NCBI GenBank assembly: GCA_963643175.1
Contig: CAVIJF010000001.1
Span: 7,830-71,829, forward strand
Direction: 5' to 3'
DNA length: 64,000 nucleotides
Source of the DNA: a bacterium
Lineage (GTDB): Bacteria; Bacillota; Clostridia; Oscillospirales; CAG-272
Shown piece by piece: positions 36,330 through 43,414 of the stretch. A program made the translations under genes and the position numbers. The notes below the pieces were generated by a model that saw nothing but the letters and a program-made list of their open reading frames with translations, searched no databases and had not been told where the DNA came from. Numbering within the stretch: the first letter of the stretch is position 1; every line of letters starts with the position of its first letter.

Positions 36330-38078
36330 ATGGAAACTCTGAACGTCAAAATCAACGGCAGACCCTATGCCGTCGCCAAGGGGTCCACGGTTCTCGAAGC
36401 CGCCAAGGCGGCGAAGATCGATATCCCCACCCTGTGCTACCTGAAGGATATCAATGAAATCGGCGCCTGCCGGCTGTGTCTGGTGGAGGTGTCGGAGGGC
36501 GGAAAGCCGTTCCGGCTGGTGACTGCCTGCGTGTACCCCTGCACCGAGGGGATGGAAATCAAGACCAACACGCCCCGCATTATCAATTCCCGCAAGATGA
36601 ATCTGGAACTGCTCCTCTCCAACCACAACAAGAAGTGTCTGGAGTGCGTCCGCAGCACCAACTGCGAGCTGCAGACGCTGTGCCGCCAATACGGCGTGAC
36701 CGAGAGCCGCTTCCAGGGCACGGTGAACCACTACGAGATTGACGACAAGACGCCCATCATCCGGGACAACAACAAGTGCATTCTCTGCCGGCGCTGCGTG
36801 GCGGTCTGCCAGAAGGTGCAGGGCATCGGCGTCATCGGTGCCAATGACCGCGGATTTGATACGCACATTGCCTCTCCGTTCGAGAATCCGCTGGAGACTA
36901 CCTCCTGCATCAACTGCGGGCAGTGCATTGTCGCCTGTCCCGTGGGTGCACTGTATGAGCGCGACGACACCGACAAGGTGTTTGAGGCGCTGGCTGACCC
37001 CAAGAAGCACGTTCTGATCTGCGCGGCACCCTCTGTGCGTGCCCAGATAGGCGAGTGCTTCGGCTATCAGCCGGGAACCGATGTCGAGGGCAAGATGGTA
37101 GCGGCAATCAGGGCGTTGGGCTTTGAGGGCGTGTATGACATGAACATGACCGCCGACCTGACCATCATCGAGGAGGCAACCGAGCTGGTCGGACGCATCC
37201 AGAACGGCGGGGCACTGCCGCTTATCACGTCCTGCTCCCCCGGATGGATTAAGTACTGCGAGCACTACTTCCCGGAGATGACCGAAAATCTGTCCACCTG
37301 CAAGTCGCCGCAGCAGATGTTCGGCGCGGTTGTCAAGACCTTCTTCGCCGAGAAGATGGGCTGGGATCCGCAGGATATCTTCTTTGTGTCGGCTATCCCC
37401 TGCACAGCCAAGAAGTTCGAGGTGGGCAGAGCCGACCAGTCCGCCGCCGGAGGCGGCATCCCGGACGTGGACGTGGCAATCACTACCCGCGAGCTGGGCC
37501 GCATGATCCAGAAGGCGGGCATCGACTTCCGCAATCTGGACGACGAGAAGTTTGACGATCCCTTTGCAATCGGATCCGGCGCGGGCGCCATCTTTGGCGC
37601 AACCGGCGGTGTCATGGAAGCGGCTCTGCGCTACGCAGCCGAGCTGATTCTGGGAACCACGCTGGAATCCGTGGATTTCCCGGAGGTGCGCGGCACCGAG
37701 GGCATCAAGCTGGCGTCCTACAAGTTGGGCGACCTGACAGTCAATGTGGGCGTTGCATCCAGCACCGGCAAGGCGAAGGAGCTGCTGAACCGCGTCAGAT
37801 CCGGGGAGCTGGATCTCCAGTTTATCGAAATCATGGGCTGCCCCGGCGGCTGCGTCAACGGCGGCGGTCAGCCGATTCAGCCCGCACACGTCCGCGCAAC
37901 GATTGACCTGCGCGCCGTCCGTGCCGCCGTCCTCTACAACGACGACCGGAATGACGATCTGCGCAAGTCGCAGGACAACTCGGCTGTCAAGATGCTGTAC
38001 GATGAGTTTTTCGGATACCCCAATTCCGAGAAGGCTCACCACGTCCTGCATACCAGCTACGTCAAGAGAGGACTGTAA
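36330..38078 (+). CDS. hydA: [FeFe] hydrogenase catalytic subunit (HydA/HndD type)
   Basis: Internal ATG with RBS aaaggag. N-terminal 2Fe-2S and F-cluster domains. H-cluster signatures TSCSPGW (note the Ser), IPCTAKKFE and EIMGCPGGCVNGGGQP. Confidence 0.95.
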   Translation: METLNVKINGRPYAVAKGSTVLEAAKAAKIDIPTLCYLKDINEIGACRLCLVEVSEGGKPFRLVTACVYPCTEGMEIKTNTPRIINSRKMNLELLLSNHNKKCLECVRSTNCELQTLCRQYGVTESRFQGTVNHYEIDDKTPIIRDNNKCILCRRCVAVCQKVQGIGVIGANDRGFDTHIASPFENPLETTSCINCGQCIVACPVGALYERDDTDKVFEALADPKKHVLICAAPSVRAQIGECFGYQPGTDVEGKMVAAIRALGFEGVYDMNMTADLTIIEEATELVGRIQNGGALPLITSCSPGWIKYCEHYFPEMTENLSTCKSPQQMFGAVVKTFFAEKMGWDPQDIFFVSAIPCTAKKFEVGRADQSAAGGGIPDVDVAITTRELGRMIQKAGIDFRNLDDEKFDDPFAIGSGAGAIFGATGGVMEAALRYAAELILGTTLESVDFPEVRGTEGIKLASYKLGDLTVNVGVASSTGKAKELLNRVRSGELDLQFIEIMGCPGGCVNGGGQPIQPAHVRATIDLRAVRAAVLYNDDRNDDLRKSQDNSAVKMLYDEFFGYPNSEKAHHVLHTSYVKRGL

Positions 38079-38119
38079 TACCGTGCGGAGACTGCCGGAT
38101 ATCCGGAGCGCTCCCGCAC

Positions 38120-38154
38120 GCCAAAGCCCCCGCCCATTGGGCGGGGGCTTTGGC
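38120..38154 (+). terminator. Terminator hairpin after hydA
   Basis: gccaaagcccccgccc / loop att / gggcgggggctttggc (16-bp perfect stem), followed by gtgctttc. Confidence 0.7.
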
Positions 38155-38174
38155 GTGCTTTCAGGAAGCATCAA

Positions 38175-38387
38175 TCAGCGGTTGACTTCCCGGCTGTCTG
38201 TCCTGCCGAGCAAATAATCGACCGATACGCCGAAATAGTCCGCAATGCGGATCAGCATGGCATAGTCCGCCTGCCGTTCACCCGTTTCATAGCGGCAGAC
38301 CGTGTTCTGACTGATGTTCAGATTTATAGCGAGACGCACCTGTGAAAGTCTGCGCTGACAGCGCAATTCACGCAACCGAAAATTCAT
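38175..38387 (-). CDS. XRE-family helix-turn-helix transcriptional regulator (70 aa)
   Basis: MNFRLRELRCQRRLSQVRLAINLNISQNTVCRYETGERQADYAMLIRIADYFGVSVDYLLG is a canonical Cro/CI-type HTH. The internal ATG was chosen because the ORF-track GTG start lies only about 8 nt from the -10 box. Confidence 0.8.
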   Translation of the reverse strand: MNFRLRELRCQRRLSQVRLAINLNISQNTVCRYETGERQADYAMLIRIADYFGVSVDYLLGRTDSREVNR

Positions 38388-38429
38388 TCTTACCGCCCTG
38401 CCGTTTTGAAAATATTTACCGCACACCTA

Positions 38430-38458
38430 TTGACAATATTATACCAATATGGTATAAT
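38430..38458 (+). promoter_or_regulatory. Sigma-A type promoter divergent from xre (distal greA promoter or sRNA promoter)
   Basis: TTGACA (38430-38435), 17 nt, TGgTATAAT (-10 at 38453-38458). Confidence 0.6.
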
Positions 38459-38466
38459 GCAAATAT
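38438..38466 (-). promoter_or_regulatory. Candidate extended -10 promoter for xre
   Basis: The minus strand reads TGgTATAAT (-10 at 38438-38443). The -35 is weak (ATATTT, 38461-38466). Confidence 0.45.
38439..38457. promoter_or_regulatory. Perfect 19-bp palindrome (candidate XRE operator) spanning both -10 boxes
   Basis: TTATACCA-ATA-TGGTATAA: 8-bp perfect arms with a 3-nt centre. Confidence 0.5.
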
Positions 38467-38634
38467 CCCGAAATGGCATAATTGCGAGGTTGCGTATGAG
38501 TTTGGTCAGATTGACGGCACGGAAAGACTGCCGTCGGTACATAAAGAGGGCACCACTTTACCGGGTTCCGGGTAAGTGGTGCTCTTGCATATTGCCGGCG
38601 GCGGATAATTCTGCCGATTTATCGCGGAACCCTC

Positions 38635-38663
38635 TTGAAAAAAACTCCGGTTCGTTGTATAAT
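38635..38663 (+). promoter_or_regulatory. Sigma-A type promoter (proximal) for greA
   Basis: TTGAAA (38635-38640), 17 nt, TGTATAAT (-10 at 38658-38663). Confidence 0.6.
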
Positions 38664-38709
38664 CAGGGAAAAGCACGAATCCGGCGCACGCCGGGAAGGG
38701 AGATATTGT

Positions 38710-39210
38710 ATGAGCAATGAAATGACACAGGTCGATATAGATCAGCTGAAGGCGGAGCTTGCCGAACGGCAGGCGCGGGTTCCCGCCCTGCGCGACGAGG
38801 TGAAGCGCACCAAGGAGTACGGCGACCTGTCCGAGAATGACGAGTACCGCTGCGCGAAGCGGGAGTATAACCGCAACAAAAGCCGGATGCGGTATCTGGA
38901 ACGGACGATTGAGAATGCCGTTGTCATCCGGACGGACTCCGCCTCGGACGAGGTGGGACTGTTCGATTGGGTGGACATCTACTACCCCGAGGACGAGGAG
39001 AACCGCACCGTCCGGCTGGTTACGTCCCTGCGCAACGATGTGCTTACCGACAATATTTCCAAGGATTCCCCCTTCGGGCGGGCTTTGCTGGGGCGCAAGG
39101 CAGGTGAAACAGTCACAATCCGCGTAAACGAAAAGGTCAGCTATCCCGTGACGATTGTCCGGATACGCAAGGGGCAGGATGACCCCGAGCTGAAAATCTC
39201 CACCTATTGA
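38710..39210 (+). CDS. greA: Transcription elongation factor GreA
   Basis: Internal ATG with RBS gggaagggag. Coiled-coil N-terminus with GDLSENDEY, and a C-terminal …ISKDSPFGRALLGRKAGETV… domain. Confidence 0.9.
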   Translation: MSNEMTQVDIDQLKAELAERQARVPALRDEVKRTKEYGDLSENDEYRCAKREYNRNKSRMRYLERTIENAVVIRTDSASDEVGLFDWVDIYYPEDEENRTVRLVTSLRNDVLTDNISKDSPFGRALLGRKAGETVTIRVNEKVSYPVTIVRIRKGQDDPELKISTY

Positions 39211-39299
39211 TGGCGGTGTACCGGTGAACCGGACGGCGACCGGCTTGCCCGGGCTGTGCCAGCAATCAAAAATTTTTCGTGAATTCTGCCGGGCGGCTC

Positions 39300-39328
39300 T
39301 TGCAATCGGGTGCAAACTGTGGTATAAT
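39300..39328 (+). promoter_or_regulatory. Sigma-A type promoter for the 39404-41500 operon
   Basis: TTGCAA (39300-39305), 17 nt, TGgTATAAT (-10 at 39323-39328). Confidence 0.6.
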
Positions 39329-39403
39329 TATGGCACAATCAATCCGTCATGCATCCCCGCACGGGCGGCGGAGCAGGTACAGAGAGAAAGGAAGTACACA
39401 GCT

Positions 39404-39811
39404 ATGATTAAACTTTGTGTCGGTGTTAAGGGTACCGGGAAAACCAAGACTCTCATTGACGAAACCAATAAGGCGCTCTCCGCTTCCAAGGGGAATGTGG
39501 TCTGCCTGGAGAAGGGCGCAAAGCTCCGTTACGACATCAGCTATCAGGTGCGCCTGATCAACACCGATGAGTATCTTATCGGGGATGCCTCCGGTCTGGG
39601 TGGCTTTGTGGCAGGCATTCTGGCAAGCAACAGCGATGTGACAGATCTGTTTGTCGATTCCGCACTCAAGATTTGCGGCGGCGACCTTGCTGCCTTTGAT
39701 CGGTTCCTTGTGAATTTGGATAAACTCACGAAGGGATCCGACCTGCATATTCTCATGACCGTTTCGCTGCCCGTCGAGGAGGCAACCGAAACCATGAAAA
39801 AGTTCATGTAA
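39404..39811 (+). CDS. Minimal P-loop NTPase (135 aa), function unknown
   Basis: Internal ATG with RBS agaaaggaag. Walker A GVKGTGKT and a Walker-B-like TDLFVDS. Confidence 0.6.
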   Translation: MIKLCVGVKGTGKTKTLIDETNKALSASKGNVVCLEKGAKLRYDISYQVRLINTDEYLIGDASGLGGFVAGILASNSDVTDLFVDSALKICGGDLAAFDRFLVNLDKLTKGSDLHILMTVSLPVEEATETMKKFM

Positions 39812-39931
39812 GGTCAGTCCGTATTCGATAGTCAGTAAAAACATACAGCCAAAGGGGAGGGAAGTCTGTGACCGGATTCGTGCCGGCGTCCGGCTTCCCT
39901 TTCCGGTTTACTGTGCCAGGGGAGGTTTCAC

Positions 39932-40642
39932 GTGTTTACCGTCAGACTGTGCGGACTGAATATTGAGATAGACAACCGGTACGGCTTTGTCGAAGCCCAG
40001 TGCCGGGATTATATCGCGGCCGGCGGCGCGGCGGACTTCCGCGTTCGTGTGAGCGGGGAGGATATCCGCCGTTACCGGGCGGAATGCGCCCGCCCGATGC
40101 GCGACGACGAGGCGGAAAGCGTGCTGCTGTACCGTGCCGTCTGCGGCAGGATGCCCGCCTATGACGCGTTGCTCCTGCACGCCGCCGCCGTGAAGGCGGA
40201 CGGGCGTGGATACGCCTTTTCCGCCGCACGCGGCGTGGGCAAGACGACCCATCTGCGTGCATGGCAGGAAACGCTCGGCGACCGCGTGACTGTCATTAAT
40301 GGGGACAAGCCGCTGGTACGCCGCAGGCAGGACGGTCACTGGTGGGTGTACGGAACCCCGTGGTGCGGCAAGGAGGGGGAGCAGACCAACACCTGCTGTC
40401 CGCTGAATGCCATATGCCTGCTCTCGCGCGGGCAGGAAAATGCAATATCCCGCGCAACGCTGACCGATGCCGCCGCCGGCGTACTGGAGGCGACACTCCT
40501 TCCGCCCACCCCCGCCCTGCGTGACCGCATGGCGGTGCTGGTTGGGGCGCTGGTGCGGGATGTGCCGGTGTTCACGGTGTCCTGCCTCCCGGATCATACC
40601 GCCGCAGAGCTGGTGTACGGCACGTTGGCAGGAATGCCGTGA
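39932..40642 (+). CDS. HPr-kinase C-terminal-domain-like P-loop protein, function unknown
   Basis: GTG start 6 nt after ggggagg. LLLHAAAVKADGRGYAFSAARGVGKTTH…VINGDKPLV… resembles the HprK-like kinases found in peptide-modification cassettes. Confidence 0.55.
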   Translation: MFTVRLCGLNIEIDNRYGFVEAQCRDYIAAGGAADFRVRVSGEDIRRYRAECARPMRDDEAESVLLYRAVCGRMPAYDALLLHAAAVKADGRGYAFSAARGVGKTTHLRAWQETLGDRVTVINGDKPLVRRRQDGHWWVYGTPWCGKEGEQTNTCCPLNAICLLSRGQENAISRATLTDAAAGVLEATLLPPTPALRDRMAVLVGALVRDVPVFTVSCLPDHTAAELVYGTLAGMP

Positions 40643-40693
40643 TACGCAGGGAGATGCTGCGGATGGCAGCGCAGAGGGCGGGGATGCAGACAT

Positions 40694-41500
40694 ATGGGGT
40701 GGCTTGAATTTTTGCTGAATCACACGCTCCGGCTCGCAACGCGTCCCAGTGTGTACGGCGGTTTTCACGTTGTCGCGCTGGCAACGGTTCTGATTCTGTT
40801 CTGCCTGATGATTGTGTTCCGCGACCGGCTCCCGCGCGGGGAGCGTGCCCTGCGCCGGATGCTTCGCGTGTTTGCGCTGGGCTTGCTGTTGCTGGAAATC
40901 GGCAAACAAATTGTGTACAGCTATGACCCGCAGTCCGGCTGGAGCTATGACTGGTCACGATTCCCGTTCCAATTCTGCTCCACGCCCATCTATGTTGCCC
41001 TGCTGGCGGCTCCTCTGCGTGACGGGAAACTGCGCCGGACGCTGCTGTGCTTTCTGGCGACTTATTCACCCGTGGCAGGCTGTGCGGTGCTGTTCTGGCC
41101 CTCGCCGGAAGTGTTTTCGCCCATCCTGTTTCTGGATGTCCACACCATGGTCTGGCACGGTGCGATGCTGCTGTTCGGACTGTACCTGTGGCTCGGCGGG
41201 TATGTACAGCCTGCCCTGCGCACGGCGTGGCGCGCGTTCTGCGTGTATCTGCCGCTGAACTTTGTCGCATTGGCGCTCAACGAAGCGGAGCACGCCTGCG
41301 GCTTTGCCGGCGGATACGCCTTCAATATGTTCTACATCAGCCGTTACTACACGTGCAATATCCCGCTTCTGAGCCGGGTACAGCAGAATGCGCCCTATCC
41401 TGTGTTCTTTGCATCGTTTGTGCTTCTGCTGGGGTTTGGCGGCTTTGCCGTGACGCTGGGGTTCATGCTGATAAACCGGTTCAGGCGGCGCGCCCGGTAG
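40694..41500 (+). CDS. Polytopic membrane protein (YwaF/TMEM164-like by eye)
   Basis: 268 aa with about 7 hydrophobic helices. The FPFQFCSTPIY motif resembles the LPLxLCS motif of the YwaF family. The family assignment is tentative. Confidence 0.55.
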   Translation: MGWLEFLLNHTLRLATRPSVYGGFHVVALATVLILFCLMIVFRDRLPRGERALRRMLRVFALGLLLLEIGKQIVYSYDPQSGWSYDWSRFPFQFCSTPIYVALLAAPLRDGKLRRTLLCFLATYSPVAGCAVLFWPSPEVFSPILFLDVHTMVWHGAMLLFGLYLWLGGYVQPALRTAWRAFCVYLPLNFVALALNEAEHACGFAGGYAFNMFYISRYYTCNIPLLSRVQQNAPYPVFFASFVLLLGFGGFAVTLGFMLINRFRRRAR

Positions 41501-41559
41501 CAGAGCAGGACAAACCGGTGTCGCCGGAAGGCGCCCGGCGGCGAAATTTGCCGCGAAAC

Positions 41560-41604
41560 AAAAAAGAGGGGCGGCACCGCGTGTTGGCGGTGCCGTCCCC
41601 TTTT
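41560..41604. terminator. Bidirectional terminator between convergent genes
   Basis: A-run, then ggggcggcaccgc / loop / gcggtgccgtcccc, then tttt. Confidence 0.75.
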
Positions 41605-41641
41605 GATGCAGAAGGACTTCCGGAATCGGTTCCGGCGCCCC

Positions 41642-42367
41642 TCAGTCCAGTATCCTGCCGTCCGTGGAGATTGTCACGACCTGCCACGGAATGAACTTGC
41701 CGCTGTTCTGCAGGGCGCATTTCGCGGCGTGCTCCAGACCGCCGCAGCAGGGAACCTCCATGCGCACAACGGTCACGCTCCGGATATTGTTACGGCGGAT
41801 TATTTCGGTCAGCTTTTCGGAGTAGTCCACGGAATCCAGCTTGGGACAGCCGACCAGCGTGATGTGCCCGCGGATGAACCGATCATGGAATGCGGCATAG
41901 GCGTATGCGGTGCAGTCTGCGGCGATCAGCAGTTTGGCGCCGTCAAAATAGGGCGCATTCACCGGGACGAGCTTTATCTGCACCGGCCACTGGGCAAGGC
42001 GGCTGACCGGCTCCGCGGCGCAGGTTACCGCCGCTTCGGCACATTCCGCGTGCTCGATTTTCTTCGACTGACTGCCCGGACAGCCGCAGGGCAGGGTCAT
42101 TCCCTCTTTCTGCATCTTTTCCTGCATTTTCATTTTCCTGTTTTCCAGAACTGCCTTCTCATCGTAGGCGTCGGCTTCGCGCTCTACAAAGGAGATGGCA
42201 CCGGTCGGACAGGCGGGCAGGCAGTCGCCCAAACCGTCGCAGTAGTCATCCCGCATCAGGCGGGCTTTCCCGTCAACCATGGCGATGGCGCCCTCGTGGC
42301 AGGCGGCAGCGCAGGCTCCGCAGCCGTTGCACTTTTCCTGATCGATTTCAATAATTCTTCTTTTCAT
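41642..42367 (-). CDS. 4Fe-4S dicluster domain protein with a Cys-rich C-terminal domain
   Basis: CNGCGACAAACHEGAI and CDGLGDCLPACPTGAI ferredoxin motifs, followed by LPCGCPGS, VGCPKLD and EVPCCGGL. Confidence 0.8.
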   Translation of the reverse strand: MKRRIIEIDQEKCNGCGACAAACHEGAIAMVDGKARLMRDDYCDGLGDCLPACPTGAISFVEREADAYDEKAVLENRKMKMQEKMQKEGMTLPCGCPGSQSKKIEHAECAEAAVTCAAEPVSRLAQWPVQIKLVPVNAPYFDGAKLLIAADCTAYAYAAFHDRFIRGHITLVGCPKLDSVDYSEKLTEIIRRNNIRSVTVVRMEVPCCGGLEHAAKCALQNSGKFIPWQVVTISTDGRILD

Positions 42368-42424
42368 GCGGTATACCCCCTTGCTTTTCTGCCCCTATTA
42401 TAGTATAATCAGGACGGGAAGTCC

Positions 42425-42438
42425 GTTGAATTTTCAAC
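42425..42438. promoter_or_regulatory. Palindrome GTTGAA-tt-TTCAAC in the crp/ferredoxin divergent region (candidate Crp/Fnr-family site)
   Basis: 6-bp perfect arms. The centre is about 41.5 nt upstream of the TSS predicted from the minus-strand TATAAT (42397-42402), and it lies downstream of a plus-strand TATAAT (42404-42409). Confidence 0.35.
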
Positions 42439-42452
42439 AAAGGGGATTTTTT

Positions 42453-43148
42453 ATGAAAGATTTTTATTTTGACGCCGCTGTAACGGTTATCCGCTCCTCC
42501 CCGCTGTTCGACGGGGTGACGGAGGACGAGCTGAAGGCGATGCTGTCCTGTCTGGAGGCGCGGACGGCACAGTTTCCCAAGGATGCCTTCCTGCTCCGGG
42601 CGGGGGACACGACGGATTCCGTCGGTCTGCTGCTGTCGGGAACCGTACTGGTCATACAGGAGGATATCTGGGGAAACCGCAATATCCTTTCCAAGACGCA
42701 TCCCGGGCAGATATTTGCTGCCTCTTTTGCCTGCGTTCCGGGGGCGGTGCTGAATGTCAGCATCATGGCGGAAACGCCGGTTATGGTTCTGTTTCTGAAT
42801 ATAAAGCGTATTCTGACCGTCTGTTCCTCCGCCTGCGCCCACCACAACCGGATTATCCGGAACCTGTTGGCGGAGCTTGCGGGAAAGAATCTGCTCCTGA
42901 ACGAAAAACTTACGCACATGGGACGGCGCACTACAAGGGACAAGCTGATGTCCTACCTTTCGGCGGTGGCTCAGCAGACCGGTCAGTGCGAATTTGAAAT
43001 TCCCTTTTCCAGGCAGCAGTTGGCGGATTACCTTGCGGTGGAGCGCAGCGGGCTGTCGCTGGAGCTTGGAAAAATGCAGCGGGAAGGTCTGCTGGAGGTC
43101 AATCGGAATCATTTCGTCCTGCGGGGCGTATCCGAAGCCTTCCTGTGA
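42453..43148 (+). CDS. Crp/Fnr-family transcriptional regulator
   Basis: Internal ATG of ORF 42366..43148. cNMP-binding-like beta-roll followed by a C-terminal HTH (SRQQLADYLAVERSGLSLELGKMQREG). Confidence 0.85.
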   Translation: MKDFYFDAAVTVIRSSPLFDGVTEDELKAMLSCLEARTAQFPKDAFLLRAGDTTDSVGLLLSGTVLVIQEDIWGNRNILSKTHPGQIFAASFACVPGAVLNVSIMAETPVMVLFLNIKRILTVCSSACAHHNRIIRNLLAELAGKNLLLNEKLTHMGRRTTRDKLMSYLSAVAQQTGQCEFEIPFSRQQLADYLAVERSGLSLELGKMQREGLLEVNRNHFVLRGVSEAFL

Positions 43149-43340
43149 CGCCCCGGTGTGCCGGGGGCGGGGGACAGGCGGCGCCGAAAACAACAGGCGG
43201 GACAGCCCCTGCCGTGCACAGGACAATCCCCTGCCGCATATACTGACAGCGTACCCCTCCGTATAAATCAACGGTTCCGCAATCAGGGAGGCTTGTCGCT
43301 ATGCAGTGCCCCGACCCAATATATTTTTCCTGCTTTTCTC

Positions 43341-43369
43341 TTGCAATATACAGAAAAGTATGGTATAAT
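43341..43369 (+). promoter_or_regulatory. Sigma-A type promoter for the M16 peptidase operon
   Basis: TTGCAA (43341-43346), 17 nt, TGgTATAAT (-10 at 43364-43369). Confidence 0.6.
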
Positions 43370-43414
43370 CAAACAGTATAAAGATAAGCATACGGCAAGG
43401 AGGATTTTTGAACA

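Noticed and set aside
38496-38720. 74-aa very basic ORF (MSLVRLTARKDCRRY…) downstream of the XRE-divergent promoter, with a GAGG 6 nt before its ATG.
   Set aside because: It would run through the proximal greA promoter and overlap the greA RBS and start. Its codon usage (aga, ata, ttg) and composition look non-coding. I treat the region as leader or sRNA instead, but I cannot fully exclude the ORF.
42425-42438. Reading the palindrome as a canonical FNR/CRP box.
   Set aside because: The half-site spacing (TTGAA-N2-TTCAA) is 2 bp shorter than TTGAT-N4-ATCAA. I kept it only as a candidate non-canonical Crp/Fnr-family site.
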